Part shown: piece by piece, positions 8,439-16,784 of the stretch
Layout: every line of letters begins with the position of its first letter
Position numbering within the stretch: the stretch's first letter is position 1
Assembly: GCA_024171525.1 (NCBI GenBank)
Contig: JALJZY010000012.1
Length of the DNA: 32,000 nt
Strand: one strand, 5' to 3'
Source: Neisseriaceae bacterium HSC-16F19
GTDB lineage: Bacteria; Pseudomonadota; Gammaproteobacteria; Burkholderiales; Neisseriaceae
The notes under the pieces: model-generated
The model's database searches: none
Told to the model about the DNA's origin: nothing
Seen by the model: the letters and a program-made list of their open reading frames with translations, nothing else
Position numbers and translations under genes: made by a program

Positions 8439-9119
8439 CTATACAGTACCCAACAAAGCATCCACCCAAGCGGGCACACCCTCGCTGGCACGTTGCGCCG
8501 TCACCGATACGTCGTACAGACCGGCAGGCGGATTGGGATCAATCAGATGGCGTTCGGCATGCGGCGGCGCATATTGCAGCAGCCCGGCGGCGGGATAGAC
8601 TTTCAGCGAAGTGCCCACCACCAGCACGATGTCGGCTTCGGACACCCAGTCGATGGCGGTTTCGATTAGTGGTACGGCCTCGCCAAACCAGACGATGTGC
8701 GGGCGCAGCGGGTGGCCTTTGGGGTCGGTGTCGGCCAGGGTTTGGTCGCCCGTCCATTCCACCACATAGTCATCATAGACGGTGCTGCGCAGCTTGGTCA
8801 GTTCGCCGTGCAGATGCAATACCTCGCGGCTGCCGGCGCGTTCGTGCAGATTGTCCACGTTTTGGGTAACAATGCGCACGCGGTGGTGTTCGGCCAGGCG
8901 TGCCAAGGCGTAATGGGCGGCATTGGGTGCGGCCTGCGTCAGCTGGCGGCGGCGCTGGTTGTAAAAATCCAGCACCAACTGCGGATTGCGGGCAAAGGCT
9001 TCCGGCGTGGCCACTTCTTCCACGCGGTGGCCTTCCCACAGGCCGTCGCTGTCGCGAAAGGTTTTCAAACCGCTGTCGGCGCTGATACCGGCACCGCTTA
9101 AGACTACGATATTGTGCAT
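8439..9119 (-). CDS. cobB: NAD-dependent protein deacylase, Sir2 family (cysteine-free variant)
   Basis: Starts at MHNIVVLSGAGISADSGLKTFRDSDGLW (ATG 9119, GGAGG RBS). QNVDNLH and HLHG catalytic motifs are present. The protein contains no Cys residue. Confidence 0.85.
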   Translation of the reverse strand: MHNIVVLSGAGISADSGLKTFRDSDGLWEGHRVEEVATPEAFARNPQLVLDFYNQRRRQLTQAAPNAAHYALARLAEHHRVRIVTQNVDNLHERAGSREVLHLHGELTKLRSTVYDDYVVEWTGDQTLADTDPKGHPLRPHIVWFGEAVPLIETAIDWVSEADIVLVVGTSLKVYPAAGLLQYAPPHAERHLIDPNPPAGLYDVSVTAQRASEGVPAWVDALLGTV

Positions 9120-9151
9120 GGGAATGTCCTCCAGCATCTGAAAAACACGAT

Positions 9152-9358
9152 TATAGTCATTTAACACAGAACGATACGGCGTTGCTGTCCCACAGGGACT
9201 TCCTATGGTCGCGCCAGGCTCGAAGAGAGCGATGTTTGTAAGCCGCTAAAGCGGCAACAAAATCAGCTCCGTACTATTTGTACTGTCTGCCCCGCGGGAC
9301 TTCGCTGCGCTCGCGGCTTTTTTTGCTGCCTTGTCTCGTTCTGTGTTAGTCGACTATA
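9152..9358. mobile_element. Correia-like MITE (CREE homolog), long form carrying two extra 24-nt insertions
   Basis: TATAGTCATTTAA...CGACTATA termini. The interior ...GATACGGCGTTGC..CTCGAAGAGAGCGAT..CCGTACTATTTGTACTGTCTGC..CTTGTCTC... is collinear with the Neisseria Correia element as I recall it. Related copies are at 16470, 24652 and 28554. Confidence 0.75.
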
Positions 9359-9426
9359 TAACGCCGGGAAAATACAAACAGGACGGAAGCCATCCGTCCT
9401 GTATTTGTGTTCAGGCTGCCTGAAAC

Positions 9427-9819
9427 TTATTGCAAGCCCTGGCGGCGCAAATCTTCATAACCGCCGTGATTGGTGACATCGGTGTAACCCATTTGCTGCA
9501 AGGCTTCCAGTGCCACTTGGGCGCGGCTGCCACTGCGGCAATAAAGATGGATGGGGGCGTTTTTGTCGGGGCTGACTGTGGCGATGCGTGCAGTTATTTC
9601 TTCCACGGGGATATTGAGCGCGCCTTCAAGGTATCCGGCGGCAAATTCTTCTGCGGTGCGTACATCTACCCACAGCCCTTCTGCCTTCACGGCAGGGGCG
9701 GCAGATGCGGATGCGGCCGCGGTTTGCGGCTTGGGTGCGGCGCTGCCGGTTTCGGAACAGGCGGCCAGAGAGAGGGCGGCTGCGGCGGAGAGCAGGGCGG
9801 TGCGGATAAAGCGGGTCAT
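9427..9819 (-). CDS. rhodanese-domain lipoprotein (sulfurtransferase-like)
   Basis: MTRFIRTALLSAAAALSLAAC lipobox. WVDVRTAEEFAAGYLEGALNIP...IHLYCRSGSRA is a rhodanese active-site loop. Confidence 0.8.
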   Translation of the reverse strand: MTRFIRTALLSAAAALSLAACSETGSAAPKPQTAAASASAAPAVKAEGLWVDVRTAEEFAAGYLEGALNIPVEEITARIATVSPDKNAPIHLYCRSGSRAQVALEALQQMGYTDVTNHGGYEDLRRQGLQ

Positions 9820-9959
9820 CACAAGGTATTCTCGAATACAAAAAAGCGGCATTTTAAGGGAAAACCGGCTTTCAGGCAGCCTGAAGTCTGCATATTGCTG
9901 ATTTGCCCCGGCGCCATAAGGCGGTATCATCCGGCTGAAAGAAAACCGGGAGCGTAGTG

Positions 9960-10709
9960 ATGAACGACAGCAAGGATATTGAAACCACCTTCACCGCCTT
10001 ATGCGAAGGCCGCTTGGACGCGGAGGAATGGCTGGCGTGGTTTGCGGAGCATCAGGCGGAGCTGGAGCAAACGCTGAACCGCCGCCGATATTTGGGCATC
10101 AAGCCCATGAGCCATTGCAGCGCCAACCGAAATGCCGCGGCGGCACAGGCGGATGCACAAAAATATCTGGCCGGTTTGGGCATAGAAGTGGCCCTGTCCG
10201 ATATTTATGAACAGGCGTGGGAGCGGGAATTTGCCGCCTGGTGTGCCGAACAGCGGCGCGAGGAAAAAGCGCGCCAGGCGGCCATGAAAGAAGCCTACGG
10301 TTATGTGGCCGGGGTCTATCCCAAATTGTTTAAAGCCCTGCTGAAAGCCACAGACGTCACTATCCGCCCCGGTGCGGACGAGGCCGAAATCGCCCGTGCA
10401 GAAGACGGATTGGGCGTGGCCTTGCCGGAGGATATCCGCCGCTTTTTCCGCCTGATGGGTGGATTGCGGCTGGAAGGCGTGATGTTGGATATTGCCGAAT
10501 TGGGATTGGAAAACTTTTTGGGCCGCGATTATGTGGTCTTGGGCGAATTCTGGAAATACGGCGACGGCGATGCCTTGCTGTACGACCCGGCCAAAGCGGG
10601 CATTTATGTGTATGCACACGGCTATCCGAAAGTGATTAGGGAAGCGGCGGATATGGATGCCTTTGCGGAAAAACGGCTGGCGGCTTATGTGCGCGGACTG
10701 GGTGCTTGA
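9960..10709 (+). CDS. SMI1/KNR4 (SUKH-1) family protein, immunity-protein-like, with about 130-aa N-terminal extension
   Basis: The C-terminal half ADEAEIARAEDGLGVALPEDIRRFFRLMGG...LGEFWKYGDGDALLYD is the typical SMI1_KNR4 pattern. ATG at 9960 (the track starts at GTG 9957). Confidence 0.7.
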   Translation: MNDSKDIETTFTALCEGRLDAEEWLAWFAEHQAELEQTLNRRRYLGIKPMSHCSANRNAAAAQADAQKYLAGLGIEVALSDIYEQAWEREFAAWCAEQRREEKARQAAMKEAYGYVAGVYPKLFKALLKATDVTIRPGADEAEIARAEDGLGVALPEDIRRFFRLMGGLRLEGVMLDIAELGLENFLGRDYVVLGEFWKYGDGDALLYDPAKAGIYVYAHGYPKVIREAADMDAFAEKRLAAYVRGLGA

Positions 10710-10742
10710 AACGGGGAATGCGTTTTGGGTTGGTTGGGCAGG

Positions 10743-10857
10743 GTAGGTCGGCTCTCCGAGCCGACGGTTGATGGGACGCGTCGGCTCGGAGAGCCGACCT
10801 ACGGCCGCTACGGTTTGGCGGCATGGCTTTGTAGGGGCGGGTTTTATACCTGCCCGC
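10743..10857. repeat. REP/REPIN cluster: inverted pair GTAGGTCGGCTCTCCGAGCCGAC (10743-10802) plus GTAGGGGCGGGTTTTATACCTGCCCGC (10831-10857)
   Basis: GTAGG head followed by an 8-9 bp hairpin. Two copies lie in inverted orientation, then one copy of a second stem flavour. Confidence 0.6.
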
Positions 10858-10890
10858 AACGCTGCAATCCACAAAGCGGGCGGGTGTAAA

Positions 10891-11305
10891 ACCATAGGTA
10901 TCTACACAAATATTAAGGCTGCCTGAAAACACAAGTTGGTATCACCTTGTATTTCAAGTTACACAAAATTTAACTTTGCGCTTCGTGGCCGTCCCACGGG
11001 ATTCCCTACGGTCACGCGGATATTGTCTTTGCGCCGCCAAAGAAAAGAAGGCAAAAGAAAGGCGGCCGCGGTTGCAGGTTTGCTGCGCAAACTTCCCTCT
11101 CTCCACACGCTTTTTCGGGCGGGCAACAACTCGCAGCTGCGCTGCTCAAACAGATTTGCCCTTTCTCCCCGAAAAACCGCGCTCCGTTCGGCTGCGCCAG
11201 CGGATAGGGCTGTAGCCGTAAACATACTTGGATTAAAGTTTTAGGTATTCAAGCCGAAAAAAGCAAAATCTTTTAGATAGCCTAAAATGTGTAGATACCT
11301 ATGGT
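10891..11305. mobile_element. 415-bp non-autonomous element (MITE), complete copy
   Basis: Perfect 18-bp terminal inverted repeats: ACCATAGGTATCTACACA (10891-10908) and TGTGTAGATACCTATGGT (11288-11305). Direct GTAAA flanks both ends. The flanks together reconstruct a REP hairpin. The element carries an exact DUS at 10916-10927. About 320 bp is repeated at 20684-21003. Confidence 0.7.
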
Positions 11306-11368
11306 GTAAAACCTGCCCCTACATGGATGGCGGCATCTGCGATTGCGATGCCGTACTTACGACCCGAG

Positions 11369-11444
11369 GGTAGGCGTAGCTTGGGTCGCCAGGCCCAACA
11401 TTTGTGGGTGTTTTGCAGATTGTTGGGTTTTCAACCCAACCTAC
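11369..11444. repeat. REP-like pair (GTAGG + TTGGGT/ACCCAA stems), partly degenerate
   Basis: GTAGGCGTAGCTTGGGTCGCCAGGCCCAAC and, inverted, GTTGGGTTTTCAACCCAACCTAC (11422-11444). Confidence 0.4.
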
Positions 11445-11455
11445 GGCTGATTGAT

Positions 11456-11492
11456 AAAAAGGCTGCCTGAAAACCTTTCAGGCAGCCTTTTA
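11456..11492 (-). terminator. typA terminator built from a perfect inverted DUS pair
   Basis: AAAGGCTGCCTGAAA-ACC-TTTCAGGCAGCCTTT, a 15-bp stem. A T-run follows on the minus strand. It lies 20 nt after the typA stop. Confidence 0.75.
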
Positions 11493-11511
11493 AACGCTCA
11501 AGCAACAAACA

Positions 11512-13320
11512 TCAATCCTTTTTAAAATGGCGGCGGCGTTCGATTTCGCTCAGATAGCGTTTGCGCAGGCGGATGGATTGCGGGGTGATTTCCACCAGCT
11601 CGTCGTCGTCGATAAACTCCACCGCGGATTCCAAAGTCAGTTTGATCGGCGTGGTCAGGCGCACGGCTTCGTCGGTGCCGCTGGCACGCACATTGGTGAG
11701 CTTTTTGCCTTTCAAGGGGTTCACCACCAAGTCGTTGTCGCGGCTGTGGATGCCAATAATCATGCCTTCATACAATTTGTCGCCGGGGGAGACGAACATG
11801 CGGCCGCGGTCTTCCAGATTCCACAGCGCATAGGCCACGGCTTCGCCCTGTTCCTGCGATACCAGCACACCGTTGTGGCGGCCGGGCATATCGGGTTTCA
11901 CCGGGGCGTAGTCATCGAATACATGGCTCATCAGGCCGGTACCGCGGGTCATGGTCATAAATTCGCCTTGGAAACCGATGAGGCCGCGGGCGGGGATGTG
12001 GTATTCGAGGCGGGTGCGGCCCTGGCCGTCGCTTTCCATATTGGTCAGTTCGCCACGGCGGCGGCCCAGTTCTTCCATGACCGCGCCCTGGTTGTCATCG
12101 GGCACATCCACGGTCAGGTTTTCATAAGGCTCGCATTTTTGGCCGTTGATTTCGCGATACACCACGCGCGGTTTGCCCACCGCCAGTTCATAGCCTTCGC
12201 GGCGCATGTTTTCCAGCAGAATGGTCAGATGCAGCTCACCGCGGCCGGACACGCGGAATACGTCGGCATCCGCCGTGTCTTCCACACGCAGGGCCACATT
12301 GGTGAGCAGTTCTTTTTGCAGGCGGTCGCGGATTTGGCGGCTGGTGACAAACTTGCCTTCGGTACCGGCCAGGGGGCTGGTGTTGACCATAAAGTCCATG
12401 GTCAGGGTGGGCTCGTCCACGCTCAGCATGGGCAGACCCTTGGGATTGTCTTTTTCGGAAATGGTCACGCCGATGCCGATGTCTTCCAAACCGGAAATAA
12501 TCACGATGTCGCCGGCTTCGGCTTCTTCCAGCGGCACGCGTTCCAAGCCTTTAAAACCCAAGAGCTGGTTGATGCGGCCTTGGGCCACTTGCTGCTCGTG
12601 GTTCATCACCGCCACCACTTGGCCGGGCTTGATGCGGCCGTTGAGGATACGGCCGATGCCCAGGCGGCCGGTGTAGTTGTCGTAATCAAGTTGGGAAATC
12701 TGCAATTGCAGGGTTTCGTCGGCACTGCCGGAGGGCGGCGGGGTGTGTTTGAGGATGGTGTCAAACAGCGGGCGCATGTCTTCGCTGTCGTCGCTCTCTT
12801 CCAGTTTGGCAAAGCCGGAGAGGCCGGAAGCGTAAACAATGGGGAAGTCCAGCTGCTCGTCGCTGGCACCCAGGCTGTCGAACAATTCGAAAGTTTGGTC
12901 GATGACCCAGCTGGGACGGGCGGAAGGTTTGTCGATTTTGTTGATGACCACAATCGGGCGCAAGCCCAGGGCCAGTGCTTTTTTGGTCACAAAACGGGTT
13001 TGCGGCATCGGGCCTTCTTGGGCATCGACCAGGAGCACCACGCAATCGACCATGCCCAACACGCGCTCCACTTCGCCGCCGAAGTCGGCGTGTCCGGGGG
13101 TATCGACGATGTTGATGTGGTAGCCTTCGTATTCGATGGCGGTGTTTTTGGCCAGAATGGTGATGCCGCGTTCTTTTTCGATGTCGTTGCTGTCCATCAC
13201 GCGCTCGTCTACCTGTTGGTTGGCGCGGAAGGTACCGGACTGGCGCAGCAGTTGGTCAACCAGTGTGGTTTTGCCGTGGTCGACGTGGGCGATGATGGCG
13301 ATATTGCGGATTTGCTTCAT
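11512..13320 (-). CDS. typA: translational GTPase TypA/BipA
   Basis: 602 aa. [47 protein letters not shown]; full BipA architecture. Confidence 0.95.
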   Translation of the reverse strand: MKQIRNIAIIAHVDHGKTTLVDQLLRQSGTFRANQQVDERVMDSNDIEKERGITILAKNTAIEYEGYHINIVDTPGHADFGGEVERVLGMVDCVVLLVDAQEGPMPQTRFVTKKALALGLRPIVVINKIDKPSARPSWVIDQTFELFDSLGASDEQLDFPIVYASGLSGFAKLEESDDSEDMRPLFDTILKHTPPPSGSADETLQLQISQLDYDNYTGRLGIGRILNGRIKPGQVVAVMNHEQQVAQGRINQLLGFKGLERVPLEEAEAGDIVIISGLEDIGIGVTISEKDNPKGLPMLSVDEPTLTMDFMVNTSPLAGTEGKFVTSRQIRDRLQKELLTNVALRVEDTADADVFRVSGRGELHLTILLENMRREGYELAVGKPRVVYREINGQKCEPYENLTVDVPDDNQGAVMEELGRRRGELTNMESDGQGRTRLEYHIPARGLIGFQGEFMTMTRGTGLMSHVFDDYAPVKPDMPGRHNGVLVSQEQGEAVAYALWNLEDRGRMFVSPGDKLYEGMIIGIHSRDNDLVVNPLKGKKLTNVRASGTDEAVRLTTPIKLTLESAVEFIDDDELVEITPQSIRLRKRYLSEIERRRHFKKD

Positions 13321-13364
13321 GGGGGCGGGTGCCTTAATAAATCATAGAAAACCGCGCATTATAG

Positions 13365-13392
13365 CAGAAAAAATGCAGCCTATCGGCTGCAT
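13365..13392 (-). terminator. terminator of the 145-aa secreted-protein gene
   Basis: ATGCAGCC-TATC-GGCTGCAT hairpin, followed on the minus strand by TTTTTT. Confidence 0.55.
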
Positions 13393-13411
13393 TTGCGGTT
13401 TTGGGAACAGC

Positions 13412-13849
13412 TTATGGGCAGCGAACCCGCACCACCGGTTTGACCTGTGCCTGCAAGGGGCGTTCGCCTTCGTTATTGAGGCCGCTGTAGGTGGTTTGGC
13501 TGCGGTCGTAGAGGCGTTTGCCGCGTACCCGGTAGTCGATGTGCATGCGCTGGGGCAGGGTTTCGCCGCCGGCAGATACCGTGCCCTCGGCAGTGCCGAG
13601 CAGCGGGCTGTAGGATTTGCCGGTGAGGGTGAATTGCAGTTCGATGCCGTGTTCCTGGCCGATATATTCCAGTTGGCCGTCGGCACGGATGTGCAACAGG
13701 TCTTTGTCGGCGGCGGCGTAGTCGCTGTGGCACATGGCCGCAGTTTTGGCCCAGGTGCCGACATAGGTTTGGGGTATCCAGGCACTTTGGGCGGCGGCCG
13801 GGGCGGACAGGGCGGCGAGAAGGGCGCAGCACAGGATTTTGTTTGTCAT
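13412..13849 (-). CDS. hypothetical secreted protein
   Basis: [22 protein letters not shown] is a cleavable signal peptide. I recognise no family. Confidence 0.55.
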   Translation of the reverse strand: MTNKILCCALLAALSAPAAAQSAWIPQTYVGTWAKTAAMCHSDYAAADKDLLHIRADGQLEYIGQEHGIELQFTLTGKSYSPLLGTAEGTVSAGGETLPQRMHIDYRVRGKRLYDRSQTTYSGLNNEGERPLQAQVKPVVRVRCP

Positions 13850-13976
13850 GGCGGGGTCTCCATTTTTGGCGGGGTGGTGGCACTATAGCACAGTAGGGCG
13901 TCCGGTTTTTGGTTTGTCCTGCAAAAGCGGATGCGGGCGCGCTGATAAGTGGCATGCAGTGCTTGATATTTTAATT

Positions 13977-13995
13977 AATAATAATTATTATCATT
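13977..13995 (+). promoter_or_regulatory. candidate Fur box in the sodA promoter region
   Basis: AATAATAATTATTATCATT reads as three NAT(A/T)AT hexamers (AATAAT-AATTAT-TATCAT). By my alignment, 13/19 positions match GATAATGATAATCATTATC. It lies 35 nt upstream of the sodA ATG. Confidence 0.45.
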
Positions 13996-14029
13996 AACTC
14001 TATCAAACGCCGCATTTAAGGAGAACATC

Positions 14030-14653
14030 ATGGCCTATACCCTGCCGCCGCTGCCCTATGCCTATGACGCACTGGAGCCGCATTTCGATGCGCTGACCAT
14101 GGAAATCCACCACAGCAAGCATCATCAGGCTTATGTGAATAATGCCAATGCCGCTTTGGAAAACCTGCCTGAATGGGCGGGCATAAGCGCGGAAGTGCTG
14201 ATTGCCCGTTTGCACGAGCTGCCTGAAAACGTACGCACGGTGTTGCGCAATAATGTCGGCGGCCATGCCAACCACAGTCTGTTTTGGCAGATTTTAAAAA
14301 CCGGCACCCTGCTCAAGGGCGATTTGCAGGCGGCCATCGAGCGCGATTTCGGCAATGTGGCCGTGTTTCAGGCCGAATTTGAAAAAGCCGCTGCCACGCG
14401 TTTCGGTTCCGGCTGGGCGTGGCTGGTGTATGAAAACGGCCGCCTCAAAGTCACTTCCACCGCGAATCAGGACTCACCGCTGATGGGGCAGGCAGTGGCC
14501 GGAACTTCAGGTTATCCGATTATCGGCCTCGATGTGTGGGAGCATGCCTATTACCTCAAATACCAAAACCGCCGCCCGGACTACATCAAGGCGTTTTGGC
14601 AGGTGGTGAATTGGGACGAGGCGGCGCGGCGCTTTGCCGAGGTGGTCAAGTAA
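14030..14653 (+). CDS. sodA: superoxide dismutase, Mn-type
   Basis: 207 aa. [61 protein letters not shown]: very close to the SodA pattern. AAGGAG RBS. Confidence 0.9.
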   Translation: MAYTLPPLPYAYDALEPHFDALTMEIHHSKHHQAYVNNANAALENLPEWAGISAEVLIARLHELPENVRTVLRNNVGGHANHSLFWQILKTGTLLKGDLQAAIERDFGNVAVFQAEFEKAAATRFGSGWAWLVYENGRLKVTSTANQDSPLMGQAVAGTSGYPIIGLDVWEHAYYLKYQNRRPDYIKAFWQVVNWDEAARRFAEVVK

Positions 14654-14673
14654 AATACGATAGAAGGGCTTGT

Positions 14674-14737
14674 AAAGGCTGCCTGAAAGGGAATACGGTG
14701 CGTTTCTGCATAGTAAAACCTTTCAGGCAGCCTTTTA
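14674..14737. terminator. inverted DUS pair hairpin between the convergent sodA and msrC genes
   Basis: AAAGGCTGCCTGAAAGG (14674-14690) and CCTTTCAGGCAGCCTTT (14719-14735) form a 17-bp stem with a 28-nt loop. Confidence 0.5.
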
Positions 14738-14753
14738 TTTGTTAATGACTGTT

Positions 14754-15236
14754 TTAGCCGTGTTTTTCGCCAATCAATACCGCCAGCTGCTGCAAATATT
14801 CGGCATCGGTGTCGTCGAAAACCGCCAGCTGGTCGGCATCGACATCGAGCACCAGCATTACCGCACCGTGGCGGTCGAATACCGGCACCACGATTTCCGA
14901 TTGCGACAGCGATGAGCAGGCGATGTGGTCGGGATGGGCGTTGACATCGGCCACCACCAGCGTTTCCCCTTGCGCCCAAGCCTGACCGCACACGCCGCGG
15001 CCGTGGGGAATGCGCGTGCACGCCAGCGGGCCTTGGAAAGGGCCGAGCACGAGGGTGTCGCCGTCGGTGCGGTAAAAGCCCACCCACAACCAGCCGAAAG
15101 CCTCTTTGAGCACGGCGGAAATATTGGCCAGATTGGCGGTGAGGTCGGTTTCATCGGCTATGAGTGCGGCCAGTTGCGGCAACAGTTGGCGGTAGGTTTC
15201 GGCTTTGTCGCCGTGGGTGAGGGTGAGTGCGTGCAT
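14754..15236 (-). CDS. msrC: GAF-domain protein, free methionine-(R)-sulfoxide reductase-like
   Basis: 160 aa starting at MHALTL (ATG 15236). VGFYRTDGDTLVLGPFQGPLACTRIPHGRGVCGQAW...HIACSSLSQSEIVVPV matches the YebR/MsrC pattern. Confidence 0.75.
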   Translation of the reverse strand: MHALTLTHGDKAETYRQLLPQLAALIADETDLTANLANISAVLKEAFGWLWVGFYRTDGDTLVLGPFQGPLACTRIPHGRGVCGQAWAQGETLVVADVNAHPDHIACSSLSQSEIVVPVFDRHGAVMLVLDVDADQLAVFDDTDAEYLQQLAVLIGEKHG

Positions 15237-15258
15237 GGTGTATTCCGCTTGCAGATGG

Positions 15259-15285
15259 GTCATCCTGCGTGCAGTCGCAGGATCT
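15259..15285. repeat. dRS3-like hairpin
   Basis: GTCATCCTGCGTGCAGTCGCAGGATC, between the msrC start and the methyltransferase stop. Confidence 0.45.
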
Positions 15286-15294
15286 TGGGTGTAT

Positions 15295-16410
15295 TCAGGC
15301 TGCTGCCAAACGCCATAAGGACGTGGTTTCACGGCTGCGGGCGGCATACAGCGGGTCGTCGGGGCGCTGTGCTTTGCCGTGTTGCGGTACGGTGTCGGTT
15401 TTGGCGACCACGCGTAAACCGGCGTCACAAATCCATTGCGGCAATTCATCGGCGTGGCGCAAGCCGAGGTGTTCGGCCAAATCGGACATCACCAGCCAGA
15501 TTTCGCCATCGGCATTGAGGCGTGCCGGGGCGGCGGCCAAAAAGCGGCGCAGCATGCCGTGTTTGGGGTCGTAGAGCGCGGTTTCGATGTCCGAGGTCGG
15601 TTGTGCAGGCAGCCACGGCGGATTGCAGACCATCAGATCCGCCATGCCCTCGGCAGGAAATAAATCGGCGGCCTGTAGTTGCGCATTTAGATGCAGGCTT
15701 TGCAGATTGGCCGCGGCAGCGCTTAGGGCACGCGGGTTGGTGTCGGTGCCGGTCACATTCAAGCCGCGTTGCGCCAGGATGGCCGCCAGCACGCCGCTGC
15801 CGGTGCCGATGTCCCACGCGTTGCGCCAATGCGGCGCCAGCGGCGCGTGGGCCACCAAATCCAGATATTCGCCGCGCAAGGGTGAAAACACGCCGAAAGG
15901 CACATGGATGTGCGCGCCGCCCAAGGCCGCCACCGGTACGCCTTTTTTATGCCATTCGTGGGCGCCGATAAAGCCGAGCAAGGCTTGCAGGGGCAGCAGA
16001 AAGGGCGCTTCGTTGTCGGCGCCGTAAACGTCTGCCAGCGCGGCGCGCACATCGGGGGCGCGGCGGTTGTTGACCACACTGCCGGGCAGAATTTCCACCA
16101 AAATCAAATGAAACAGACGGCTTTGCTGTGCCTGCTGCATGCGCAGGGTGTGGAAATCGGCGGCGGCTTTGCGTTTTTGTCGCACGCGTTTTTTCACCGC
16201 AGCCAACAGCTGCTTGCCCTGATGATAATCGCCGCGCCACAGCAGCGCGGTGTGCTGGTGCAGGTGTTGCAGTGCGGCAGCGGCGCTGATGTGCGTCACC
16301 GGCAGTACCGCTTTGGGCGGCGCATGGCGGCTTTCACTGAGCCACGGCGCGCTGAAGGTTTGGCCGTGTTCCTGCCAGTGGAGTAGGGATGGGGCAGAGT
16401 CGGAATGCAT
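15295..16410 (-). CDS. class I SAM-dependent methyltransferase with NPPW motif (HemK/RsmC-like small-domain MTase)
   Basis: Starts at MHSDSAPS (ATG 16410; the track's TTG at 16467 is unlikely). DIGTGSGVLAAILAQRG is a SAM motif I. LMVCNPPWLP is an N6-A/Gln-MTase motif IV. Confidence 0.75.
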   Translation of the reverse strand: MHSDSAPSLLHWQEHGQTFSAPWLSESRHAPPKAVLPVTHISAAAALQHLHQHTALLWRGDYHQGKQLLAAVKKRVRQKRKAAADFHTLRMQQAQQSRLFHLILVEILPGSVVNNRRAPDVRAALADVYGADNEAPFLLPLQALLGFIGAHEWHKKGVPVAALGGAHIHVPFGVFSPLRGEYLDLVAHAPLAPHWRNAWDIGTGSGVLAAILAQRGLNVTGTDTNPRALSAAAANLQSLHLNAQLQAADLFPAEGMADLMVCNPPWLPAQPTSDIETALYDPKHGMLRRFLAAAPARLNADGEIWLVMSDLAEHLGLRHADELPQWICDAGLRVVAKTDTVPQHGKAQRPDDPLYAARSRETTSLWRLAAA

Positions 16411-16469
16411 GAAAATGGGGTGTGGGTGGCGGTGGGGTCTTATACCGTTTTGTCTGTCGGTAGTCAAAA

Positions 16470-16628
16470 TATAGTCATTTAAAATTAAGAACGATACGGC
16501 GTTGGCTGCGCCAAGCTCGAAGAGAGCGATGTTTGTAAGCCGCTAAAGCGGCAACAAAATCAGCTCCGTACCATTTGTAGTGTCTGCGGCTTGCCGCCTT
16601 GTCTCGTTCTTATTTTATTTGACTATTA
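16470..16628. mobile_element. Correia-like MITE, long form
   Basis: TATAGTCATTTAAAATTAAGAACGATACGGCGTTGG...CCGTACCATTTGTAGTGTCTGCGGCTTGCCGCCTTGTCTCGTTC...TTGACTAT. It sits between the divergent methyltransferase and ileS genes. Confidence 0.75.
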
Positions 16629-16784
16629 TGTTGCATTGCGTAATAACAAAACCTTTTTTTGACAAGAAGATAGGAGTTTTTGCCTTTTCATAAAGGGTAA
16701 AGACTTATAAAATACCCGCCATTTTGGCCGTTTCCGGCGCAGTTTGTGTACCGGGAGCAAGCTTTATTATATTTGAGACTCACT

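Noticed and set aside
10936-11244. 102-aa and 86-aa ORFs (TTG starts) inside the two MITE copies (10936-11244, 20729-20989), partly conserved in frame between copies.
   Set aside because: Three overlapping frames and strands are open across the same region, which is a composition effect. The product is a basic low-complexity string. A 1-nt indel shifts the C-terminal third between copies. No RBS is present. I treat the region as non-coding, though a peptide cannot be excluded without more copies.
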